Source of the DNA: Lentimonas sp.
Lineage (GTDB): Bacteria; Verrucomicrobiota; Verrucomicrobiia; Opitutales; Coraliomargaritaceae
Assembly (NCBI GenBank): GCA_047617435.1
Contig: JBLGBC010000001.1
Span: forward strand, 5,502-69,501
DNA: 64,000 nucleotides
Direction: 5' to 3'
Shown: piece after piece, positions 56,529 through 64,000 of the stretch
Layout: every line of letters begins with the position of its first letter
Numbering within the stretch: position 1 is the first letter of the stretch
Notes under the pieces: generated by a model
The model's input: only the letters and a program-made list of their open reading frames with translations
What the model was told of the DNA's origin: nothing
Database searches by the model: none
Position numbers and translations under genes: made by a program

Positions 56529-58415
56529 TCAGATTCGGGAAAGTACCAGTTCCACTCTATGAGATGCCTTTTTGCCCTTTATTTTGATCGTCACTGGGTA
56601 GCATTCCACACCGGGAAAGGGCATCCAATACCGGCTTTGGTTTTCACCGAGCTCGATTTGGAAATCCGTTGAGCTTTTCGCAATACGAAGTTCCCAAACG
56701 ATACCGGAGGCCGATTTGATTCGGACGCGATCATGGGCTACTTTTTCAAAGCGGATACCCTCATCATAAACGAAAGGCTCCACGATTTGGATGTCGGTGC
56801 TGCTTGCTTGGTCTAACTCATAGATTTTGGTCAGCGAGTCGTCAGTGAAGCGATGGGTCAAGCGGTACCTAACGCCAGAGCTCTTACCGTTGATCGTCCT
56901 GAGCTGGCCAGTCGCGACGACTTCCACCTGGTTGCCTGTTTCCTTCAGGTCAAGGGTTCCCTCCGTTTCATAGAGATTGGTGGCGTAGTCCTTGCCACGG
57001 GACTCGACGCGGGGGGTCAGCGGGAGCAAGTTTTGCTCAATCGGCATGTGGTCCTTCTCGTGGCGCAGGTACTCGGTCTGACTGGCTATCTGCGCCAAAC
57101 CGAAGTCACCAAAGCCTTTCAACCATAGGTGGGTGAGGCTACCGCCACGCGGAACCGACTCACGCTTATAACGACTGATTTCGCCATAGGCCGAAACCGT
57201 TGCCATAAGGTACTTGGTTTTCACCACGGCGGTCCGAATACTTTCGTAATGGCGGACAAAACGTTCCTGCTGCGCGGGCAACGGTTCGGGTTTTGCCGGT
57301 GTTTTGGCGTACTCGATCACCATGGCAATGCTCTGCGCTCGGGCGAATGTTCCGTAGATACAGGGCGGCGTGCTGCTGGCGTGTCGGTTTGCGTGAGGGC
57401 CGTAGACGACAAGCCCATCCTTGATGAAGGTTTCTTTCAAAAAATGCAGGCTCAACGCTGCGGCTGATTGGAACCGGCCGTCTAGATCGGCGAGAAGGCC
57501 GAAGGTGAAATAGACACCGGGAGCGGTCTTGGTGCCACTCTCAAGAGTGTACTTGAAGGAGCGGGTGCCCCAGGAATTGTCGATGCCGCCATAGGGATAA
57601 ATAAAGGGTAAATGCGCCTCGAGCACTCTTGCTGCTGCCTTACGATCCGTGTCCGTAAGTAGGGCGTAAAGCGCCATAAATCCGATTGATTGGGCCAAGT
57701 TGTAGCCAGCATCGACGCCATTTCCCTCGCCAACCAGGAGGCCTTCCTCGTTGATGGCCTTTTCGGTGATTTCAATCAGTGAGGCCGCCTTAATCAGCCA
57801 GGATGCCTTAGGCTTTGGGAGTGCATGGTGGGCAAAGACAAGGCCGACCGCTCCGGTGGGCTGGTAATTCAGGTTGCCCATGGGGAATCTCGCCTCGACC
57901 CAGTCCGCGGCATGTGCAATGGATGTTTCCCAATCTTCCAGTTCCTTGGCGGAGAGGTAGGGTTTGAGTATCGGTAGAGAACCGGCGAGGGAAATGAGCT
58001 GATCGGCGGTTGTTCCCTCCCAGCCGCGGTGATGAGGATCGAGGTAGTGCCAGTCTTCACCCCAAGCACCACTTGTTTCCTGAATGCTAACGAGCCAGTT
58101 GCCTAGGTTGATCGCGGCATCACGATATGCCACCTTACCGCTATGCCGGTAGGCGACGGCAAGGGGATACACGGCCTCAGCCGCGCGCGAGTGTTTCGGG
58201 TGTTTCTGGGGATTTATGCTCGGGCAGACCAGTGCGCCGAAATCGTCAGCGTCTGATTCGGTAATCTGAGTAGCAATCAGAGAGTCCGACAACTCGTAAA
58301 GCAGGTCGAGATGGGGGTTGTCCTCGCATTTTTCATGTTCAACGATATTGGTCTCTTGGGCATGGAGACAGGTGGTGACGATTACCAAAGCAACAGCAGT
58401 CAATAATATTCTCAT
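56529..58415 (-). CDS. secreted hypothetical protein (possibly an alpha/alpha-toroid plus beta-sandwich carbohydrate-active enzyme)
   Basis: 628 aa. Signal peptide MRILLTAVALVIVTTCLHA. The N-terminal ~400 aa is rich in W/Y/G helical-repeat-like segments and the C-terminal ~200 aa looks beta-rich. No family was recognised by eye. Confidence 0.6.
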   Translation of the reverse strand: MRILLTAVALVIVTTCLHAQETNIVEHEKCEDNPHLDLLYELSDSLIATQITESDADDFGALVCPSINPQKHPKHSRAAEAVYPLAVAYRHSGKVAYRDAAINLGNWLVSIQETSGAWGEDWHYLDPHHRGWEGTTADQLISLAGSLPILKPYLSAKELEDWETSIAHAADWVEARFPMGNLNYQPTGAVGLVFAHHALPKPKASWLIKAASLIEITEKAINEEGLLVGEGNGVDAGYNLAQSIGFMALYALLTDTDRKAAARVLEAHLPFIYPYGGIDNSWGTRSFKYTLESGTKTAPGVYFTFGLLADLDGRFQSAAALSLHFLKETFIKDGLVVYGPHANRHASSTPPCIYGTFARAQSIAMVIEYAKTPAKPEPLPAQQERFVRHYESIRTAVVKTKYLMATVSAYGEISRYKRESVPRGGSLTHLWLKGFGDFGLAQIASQTEYLRHEKDHMPIEQNLLPLTPRVESRGKDYATNLYETEGTLDLKETGNQVEVVATGQLRTINGKSSGVRYRLTHRFTDDSLTKIYELDQASSTDIQIVEPFVYDEGIRFEKVAHDRVRIKSASGIVWELRIAKSSTDFQIELGENQSRYWMPFPGVECYPVTIKIKGKKASHRVELVLSRI

Positions 58416-58666
58416 TTTGATAGATAACTCTCATCGTTAATTCAACTGACTAACTGGCTGATAGGAATTTTGATTCCTGACGATACTGAAAATTTAACAT
58501 AGGTCAGGTGGAAATCAAGTGTTTAGCCCTTTCTCTCTAATTTAAGCTACTGCAGAAGTTTGTATGAGGTGCACTGAACCTGGTGGACAGAAAAAAACTA
58601 GAAAAAAACTAGGGACAGGCTAATTAACTAATTTACGGATCGTTAAATTTGTGGTATATTTTTCAT

Positions 58667-59647
58667 ATGCGAAGGCGACGAATAAAAGTAGGGGGTAGTA
58701 CTGCAGTATATCACTGCATGACGCGCACTGTGAATGGTGAGCGGTTGTTGGAGGATCGGGATAAGGAGATGTTGCGTAAGCAGCTGTGGCAGGTGGCGGA
58801 CTTTTCAGGTGTGGAGGTGCTCACATTCTGCATTATGTCGAATCACTTCCACGTGTTGGTGCGGGTTCCGGAGCCTTCTCAGGTCTCGGATGCGGAGCTA
58901 CTGCGCCGCTATGCGATCTTGTACCCCAAGCCGACAAAGCACCAGCAAGCGAGTATTCTGCAGTTGAGGTCGATCTTAGCTGCGGGCGGGGAAGAGGCGG
59001 ATGTGCTGCGGCGTGGCTTATTGGCTCGAATGGCAGATGTATCTGAATTTATGAAAACGCTGAAGCAGCGCTTCTCGGTTTGGTTCAATAAATCGCATGG
59101 CCGCTACGGCACTTTGTGGGCCGAGCGATTTAAGTCGGTGCTAGTTGAGGGCAAAGGTAATCCGCTGCAAACGATGGCAGCCTATATTGATTTAAATCCC
59201 GTTCGTGCTGGAATCGTGAGTGATCCGAAGGATTACCGTTTTAGCGGCTACGGTGAGGCGGTTGCAGGTGTTGAGCTGGCGCGCCAGGGCTTGCGCGGTG
59301 TGTGGCATGAGGGCTTTGGTGTGCATGATGATGTGACGGCTCTACAGTCGCACCGGATGCTGATGTACGCCAAGGGAAGTAATGACCGCTCGATTCCGCA
59401 GGAGGACGTGGTGCGGGTGCTGGAGCAGGAGAATGCCATTTTACCCAAGGCTCAGGTCTTGCGCTGCCGTGTACGCTATTTCACTGATGGTGCGATTTTT
59501 GGCACCAAAGATTTCGTGGAGGGCTTTTTGGGCGCCATTCAAATGGAAAAGGGCCGCAAGCGCCCTCCAAAGGTGCACGCAATGAAGGGCGCTGATTGGG
59601 GTGACTTGGCTGTGGTCAAGGGGATGCGGTCGAAGGTGTTTGGGTAG
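58667..59647 (+). mobile_element. IS200-like / RayT-like Y1 (HUH) transposase gene
   Basis: ORF track 58649..59647; ATG at 58667. AVYHCMTRTVNGERLL...LTFCIMSNHFHVLVRVPE is the HUH motif, and AAYIDLNPVRAGIV...YRFSGY is the Tyr region. No clear terminal inverted repeats were seen. Confidence 0.75.
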
Positions 59648-59787
59648 TTTTTGTCGCTGCGCTGCGTAGTAAAGTGGAAATGTAGGAACAGCGAACTGAA
59701 AAAGGGGGCGTTCCGTATCTTTGTATGTTTTGGGAACTGAAAAAGGGGGTAATGAATCCGGTAAAACAAACTCTAGGAACCATAAGA

Positions 59788-59819
59788 ATCGAACCAACGG
59801 CCAAGTGGTTGACACTTCC
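59788..59819 (-). pseudogene. tRNA-Asn-like remnant (T-loop/variable/anticodon-arm portion)
   Basis: atcgaaccaacggccaagtggttgacacttcc versus atcgaaccagcgaccaagtgattaacagtcac of the intact tRNA-Asn (59919-59950). By hand count, 27 of 32 positions are identical. The stems no longer pair, so it is not a functional tRNA. Confidence 0.6.
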
Positions 59820-59851
59820 TGAGACTCATAAGTTGCTATTTTACAGTTCTT

Positions 59852-59890
59852 AAAAAAAAAAGCGTCAACCACTTTGCAGTTGGTTGACGC
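59852..59890 (-). terminator. rho-independent terminator downstream of tRNA-Asn
   Basis: Perfect 10-bp stem gcgtcaacca/tggttgacgc (59862-59871 and 59881-59890). On the minus strand it is followed by a 10-nt T-run (plus-strand a-run, 59852-59861). Confidence 0.85.
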
Positions 59891-59901
59891 TTTCTGTTGA
59901 A

Positions 59902-59976
<75 letters not shown>

Positions 59977-60685
59977 ATAAATTCGTTTTTTACTGAACGT
60001 TTCGACGGTTTAGTTCTAATTTGTTCAGCACAATTGAAGGGCGGAATAAAGGGAATTTGAGAGAGGTATGTCAATAGTTTGTCTCGATAAAATTTAAATT
60101 TCTTTTAATACCAGCTTTAAAGGTAGGAGGTCGCATCGATTGATGGCGTTTGGCACTTTGATCTGCGTCCAGAATCTTCGCCCCGCACTCGGATTGCTTT
60201 TTGCCCCTGCGTCAACCTGACCTGCGCATTTGCGTCAGCTGGAGATTTGCTGCCTGATTCCGTGATTAAACCCGCAATTGCATAATTGTAATTTGTTAAC
60301 TGAGGCGTTGGGAATCACCGGCCCCCGTATCCGTGAGTCGCCGGTTGCTCCCGATTTGCCTTGGGCGGGGCGAGCTGCGTTTCGACTTTTATCCGGATGG
60401 TACGAGCGGGACACGAACGATCCTAAATGCAGCGCAGGGCACCCGGAGGTGCGCCCCCTGGTGTGTTGTTCACACGAATCATAAGCGAATATGAGCGGTC
60501 TCCCGCCTGCGGGACTACCGCGCAACAGCCTCTGCGTACGCGTTCTGACAGACATTTGATTCAGTCCCATTTTGACGGGACTGAATCAAACGCTTAGGAG
60601 GTTTCGTGCCGAAGCGTTCAGCACACTTGCAGGTCGAAATTCAGGGGATTGGCGCGAGGGATGCCAATCGGTTGTCGTGGGGAAT

Positions 60686-61288
60686 TTAAATTCCTTTTAA
60701 CAGCTCTTTGAGGAAGGCGACTGCGCGCGCGCGGTGGCTCATTGCGCTTTTTACGTTTTCGCCTAATGTGGCGAATGATTGCGTTTGTCCCTCGGGGATG
60801 AAGATGGGGTCGTAGCCGAATCCTGAGTCTCCCTTTGAGGTTTTGGCGATGTGTCCTTCGCAGTCGCCGTTGTAGTGGGTGACATGGCCTTGATCGTCGA
60901 TCAGGCAGAGCACACAGCGAAAGCGAGCCGTACGCTTGTTGTGTGGTATTTGCTCCAGGGCCTGTAATAGCTTGTTGACGTTGTCGGCGTCGCTGGCGTT
61001 TTCACCGGCGTAGCGGGCGGAGTAAATGCCGGGTGCTCCCTCGAGTGCGTCGACTTCGAGCCCGGAGTCGTCTGCCAGCACCCAAGCTCCCGCGGGAGCG
61101 ACTTTATGTAGTGCCTCGGCTTTTATTTGGGCGTTGGCGGCAAAGCTGCCTCCGTTTTCTTCGACCACGGGCATACCACCGCAAATCTTGGCGGAGTGTA
61201 CGCTAAAGGAGATCCCGGTGAGCATTTTTTCGAATTCTGCGACTTTGTGTGTGTTTCCAGTCGCGATGATGAGTTGTGTTGAATCCAT
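60686..61288 (-). CDS. rdgB: RdgB/HAM1-family non-canonical purine NTP pyrophosphatase
   Basis: 200 aa. [18 protein letters not shown]...[23 protein letters not shown]...GFGYDPIF...SFA...[10 protein letters not shown]. Confidence 0.9.
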   Translation of the reverse strand: MDSTQLIIATGNTHKVAEFEKMLTGISFSVHSAKICGGMPVVEENGGSFAANAQIKAEALHKVAPAGAWVLADDSGLEVDALEGAPGIYSARYAGENASDADNVNKLLQALEQIPHNKRTARFRCVLCLIDDQGHVTHYNGDCEGHIAKTSKGDSGFGYDPIFIPEGQTQSFATLGENVKSAMSHRARAVAFLKELLKGI

Positions 61289-61293
61289 AGTTT

Positions 61294-62415
61294 TTAGAGT
61301 TTTCCGCGGATTAGGATATCGGATCCTAAGGGCAGCTGTTTGATTTGTGTGAGTTCGATGGCCGCTTGCATGGAGCCGGTGTTGCGCGGGGTCCCGATCC
61401 CGGGGGCGCAGGCATCGGACATGAATTTGGGCGCTTGATAAATGAAGAGGTAATCGACGCCGCGCTGTTCAATTAAGCCGGTCGCCCAGGCGGGGCCGGT
61501 CTCAATGTAGACGCCGTAGATTTCAGCCTGGGCGCAGCGCTGCTTAAAGACGACTAAATCCAAATGTCCCTCTGTGGTGAGGGGCAGTGTCCAGACTTGT
61601 AGGCCGGCGTCGCTTAAACGCTGTTGGAGTTCTTGGGGGGCGGATTCGGCGCAGAGCGTGAGGGTCCGGTTCTTATATGCGTCGGTATAGACCTGTGGCC
61701 AGGGGGTGGTGGCGACGGTACGGAGTGTGCGGTCAAACACGAAGCGGGTGGGGCACCACGTTTCTTCGCCCGCGATGCGACTGGTCAGGCTGGGATTATC
61801 GGCCAATACCGTGGCGGCGCTGACGGCGATCGCGGGGAAGTAGCGCCGCCAGCGCATCACATCGGCCCGGGCCAGTTCCCCGGTGACCCATTTGGAATGT
61901 CCCGAGGCGGCCGAAAATTTGCCATCCAGCGTGAGTGCAATCTTGGCGGCTAAAAAGGGCGTTTGCTGGACGATCCAATGATTAAAGATCAAATTCAGAT
62001 CGCTGCAGTCCTCGGCCAAAATACCTTCGACCACTTGAATTCCCGCAGCCCGCAGCAGTGCCAGGCCCTGACCGGCATGGGCGGGGTTGGGGTCGACTGC
62101 GCCAACGACGACGCGTTGGATGCCGGATTCGATGAGGGCGGTGGTGCAGGCTCCGGTGCGACCGCAGGTACTGCAGGGCTCCAGCGTGACATAGAGACTC
62201 GCGCCTTTTTGGGGCGCACGGCCGAGTGCGCGCAGCGCGGCGACTTCCGCGTGCGCCTGACCCGCGCGCTGGTGCCAGCCGGTGGCTACGATTTCACCGT
62301 CTTCGACGATGACAGCTCCGACCATCGGGTTCGGGTGCGTCTGGCCCCAAGCGCGCTGCGCGAGCTCAAGTGCCCGCGCCATAAACTGTGGGTCCGACTG
62401 CAAGCCGAGGCTCAT
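61294..62415 (-). CDS. ribD: bifunctional riboflavin biosynthesis protein RibD (pyrimidine deaminase / uracil reductase)
   Basis: 373 aa. FMARALELA...NPMVGAVIV...HAEVAAL...[15 protein letters not shown] is the CMP/dCMP deaminase zinc motif, followed by a RibD_C reductase domain (KIALTLDGK...). Confidence 0.92.
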   Translation of the reverse strand: MSLGLQSDPQFMARALELAQRAWGQTHPNPMVGAVIVEDGEIVATGWHQRAGQAHAEVAALRALGRAPQKGASLYVTLEPCSTCGRTGACTTALIESGIQRVVVGAVDPNPAHAGQGLALLRAAGIQVVEGILAEDCSDLNLIFNHWIVQQTPFLAAKIALTLDGKFSAASGHSKWVTGELARADVMRWRRYFPAIAVSAATVLADNPSLTSRIAGEETWCPTRFVFDRTLRTVATTPWPQVYTDAYKNRTLTLCAESAPQELQQRLSDAGLQVWTLPLTTEGHLDLVVFKQRCAQAEIYGVYIETGPAWATGLIEQRGVDYLFIYQAPKFMSDACAPGIGTPRNTGSMQAAIELTQIKQLPLGSDILIRGKL

Positions 62416-63044
62416 CCGCGCACGTGTGGATTCGACGATTTTTCGCGTGCCACAGTGGTTTTAGGGCCGTGGCCGGGGTAGAGGGTGGTTGCTGCCGGCA
62501 GGCTGTAAATCTGAGTTTGAATCGACTTTTCCAGTGTTGCGAAGTCGCCGCCTGGTAGATCGTAGCGGCCGACACTTCCGGCAAAGATGGCATCACCCAC
62601 GACTGCGGCGGCTTCGCTGGGCAGGTAGAAGAGTACGTTGCCGGGGCAATGGCCGGGGACGTGACGCACTTCGATTTCGATGCCCAGCATGTTTAACATC
62701 GTGCTGTCCTCGATCCACTCAGTGATCGCGACCGGTTGCATCTCAAGTCCGGGGATGGCGTAGCTGGCCATTCGGGAAGGCGAGGCAAACATGAGCGCAT
62801 CGGCTTCGTGGCCATAGGTGGGGATGCCGGCCTTGGCAAACTTATGCCCGTCCAGGATATGATCCCAGTGCCCGTGCGTCAGCAGTAGGGCAATGATCTT
62901 ACAGTCGTGTTTTTTTGCGACCTGTTGTGCCCAGTCAAAGGCATCGAGCGGTGCGTCGATGATGATGCATTCTTTCAGCTCCGGCTGGATCAGGGCAAAT
63001 GCATTGGTGCCGATGGGGGGGAGTTCTTGCGATTCGATAATCAT
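62412..63044 (-). CDS. MBL-fold metallo-hydrolase (glyoxalase II-like)
   Basis: ORF track 62412..63080 starts at TTG; the ATG at 63044 (MIIESQELPP) is plausible. LLTHGHWDH is the H-x-H-x-D-H motif, plus HVPGHCPG and downstream His/Asp residues. Confidence 0.85.
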   Translation of the reverse strand: MIIESQELPPIGTNAFALIQPELKECIIIDAPLDAFDWAQQVAKKHDCKIIALLLTHGHWDHILDGHKFAKAGIPTYGHEADALMFASPSRMASYAIPGLEMQPVAITEWIEDSTMLNMLGIEIEVRHVPGHCPGNVLFYLPSEAAAVVGDAIFAGSVGRYDLPGGDFATLEKSIQTQIYSLPAATTLYPGHGPKTTVAREKSSNPHVRG

Positions 63045-63199
63045 TCTGCGAAAAGATGCAGCGCATTGGACTTCTTTCAACTCACAAGTGCAGGGATTCT
63101 CCGAATTGCCGCAGCGATGCGTGACACCGATTTGTAACAGTCTCTCGCTTGCCTGCGGGCGATTCGCAGTGCTTTATACAATTTTTAACCGATTGGCCC

Positions 63200-64000
63200 A
63201 TGCGTATTGTTATCGTAACTGAAACTTATCCCCCGGAAATCAATGGCGTCGCGATGACGAATCAGCGGCTGGTGCGTGGCCTGATCGAACGCGGGCACCA
63301 GATTCTTTTGATTAAGCCGCGCCGTGCGGATTTTGAGGCGGTGTATTCTGATGCGCTGCAAGTGCACGAAGTTTTCGGCGTGCCGATACCCAACTATGCC
63401 GGATTAAAATTGGGCCTGCCCGGCCTCGGCGAGTTGAACAAGCGCTTGGCAGCTTACCAGCCAGATCTGGTGCATGTCGCCACGGAGGGGCCGCTGGGTT
63501 TCTGTGCCTTGCGCGCCGCCCGCAAACAGAAGATTCCCGTCAGTTCGACTTTTCATACCAACTTTCAGGATTATTGCGCCGATTATGGTGCGGCGATCTT
63601 GCAGCGCTACATGATGGCTTATTTACGCTGGTTTCACAATGCCTGCGCACTCACAACGGTGCCGGACCCGAGTCTGATCGAGCGCTTGAGTGATGCGGGG
63701 GTGGAGCGTTTGGCGATGCTGGGGCGTGGTGCGGATACTGCATTATTCAGTCCGCAGCGCCGTAGTACGGCCTTGCGTGCGAGTTGGGGCGTGGATGCGA
63801 CTGCCCCGGTCGCGCTCTATGTCGGGCGGGTGGCTGCGGAGAAAAATATTCCGCTTACGATTCGAGCTTGGCAGGCCGCACGGCAGGATTGCCCCGAACT
63901 GAAGCTGGTCATTGTGGGGGATGGACCCATTCGCAAAAAGCTACAAAAGCAATGGCCGGAGGTGCATTTTGCGGGGATGCGCTACGATGCGGATCTGGCG
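63200..64000 (+). CDS. glycosyltransferase family 4 (5' partial; runs off the window end)
   Basis: Absent from the ORF track because there is no stop in the window. I translated from the ATG at 63200: MRIVIVTETYPPEINGVAMTNQRLVRGLIERGHQILLIKPRR...VHVATEGPLGF...LYVGRVAAEKNIP...LVIVGDGP. The frame stays open to position 64000. Confidence 0.8.
   Translation, partial: MRIVIVTETYPPEINGVAMTNQRLVRGLIERGHQILLIKPRRADFEAVYSDALQVHEVFGVPIPNYAGLKLGLPGLGELNKRLAAYQPDLVHVATEGPLGFCALRAARKQKIPVSSTFHTNFQDYCADYGAAILQRYMMAYLRWFHNACALTTVPDPSLIERLSDAGVERLAMLGRGADTALFSPQRRSTALRASWGVDATAPVALYVGRVAAEKNIPLTIRAWQAARQDCPELKLVIVGDGPIRKKLQKQWPEVHFAGMRYDADLA

Noticed and set aside
60367-60386. tmRNA (ssrA) gene, based on the 5' motif GGGGCGAGCTGCGTTTCGAC.
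   Set aside because: No complementary acceptor 3' strand (TCGCCCC-ACCA), no T-arm (GGTTCGA-type), and no plausible tag ORF ending in hydrophobic residues plus a stop within the available ~320 nt before rdgB. The permuted arrangement is also not supported.
63045-63199. FMN riboswitch upstream of the MBL-ribD-rdgB operon.
   Set aside because: The conserved RFN core (for example GGATAGTGAAAGGG...CCGGCGGT-type segments) is not visible in the 155-nt leader on the minus strand.

Overview
The window is about 64 kb of bacterial chromosome. By eye it is roughly mid-50s % GC, with an AT-richer patch at about 54.6-56.5 kb (not computed). The gene content (PEP-CTERM/exosortase system, many GT4/GT2 genes, an IS200-like Y1 transposase) suggests a Verrucomicrobiota/Opitutae-like organism, but that is inference only.

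**Positions 1 to about 32.1 kb: exopolysaccharide (EPS) locus.** One large PEP-CTERM/exosortase EPS locus is built as two convergent, tightly packed operons.
- Plus operon, 85-19060: STAS protein, NTase-like protein, glycosyltransferases (one is a GT26 fused to two STAS domains), a Wzz-like PCP, two Wza-like exporters, a Wzx flippase, two paralogous DUF4114/PEP-CTERM proteins, a TPR protein, exosortase, a membrane protein, an EpsI-like protein and a GT4.
- Minus operon, 32087-19070: priming sugar transferase, an LbH chimera, an RsbW-like kinase/GAF/PP2C fusion, a receiver, an AP-superfamily enzyme, a CBS-pyrophosphatase, four glycosyltransferases, a Wzy-like polymerase and uridine kinase.
- Most interesting signal: a partner-switching circuit (STAS modules plus a fused STAS-kinase/PP2C-phosphatase and a receiver) wired into glycan synthesis genes, with no sigma or anti-sigma pair visible in the window.

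**Rest of the window: mostly housekeeping.** It carries ilvB, ymdB, add-like, menD, menB, metG, topB, a DEAD-box helicase, rdgB, ribD, tRNA-Phe and tRNA-Asn. Four things interrupt it:
1. A module of an MshEN-like protein, two degenerate NtrC-like response regulators and an orphan PilB/GspE ATPase.
2. An unusual nested repeat/hairpin element at about 49.4 kb.
3. A decayed, AT-richer islet with pseudogenes, a Y1 transposase and a tRNA-Asn-like remnant next to tRNA-Asn.
4. A roughly 0.7 kb GC-rich, hairpin-dense intergenic region of unknown function.

All family calls come from motif recognition by eye. No searches were run.
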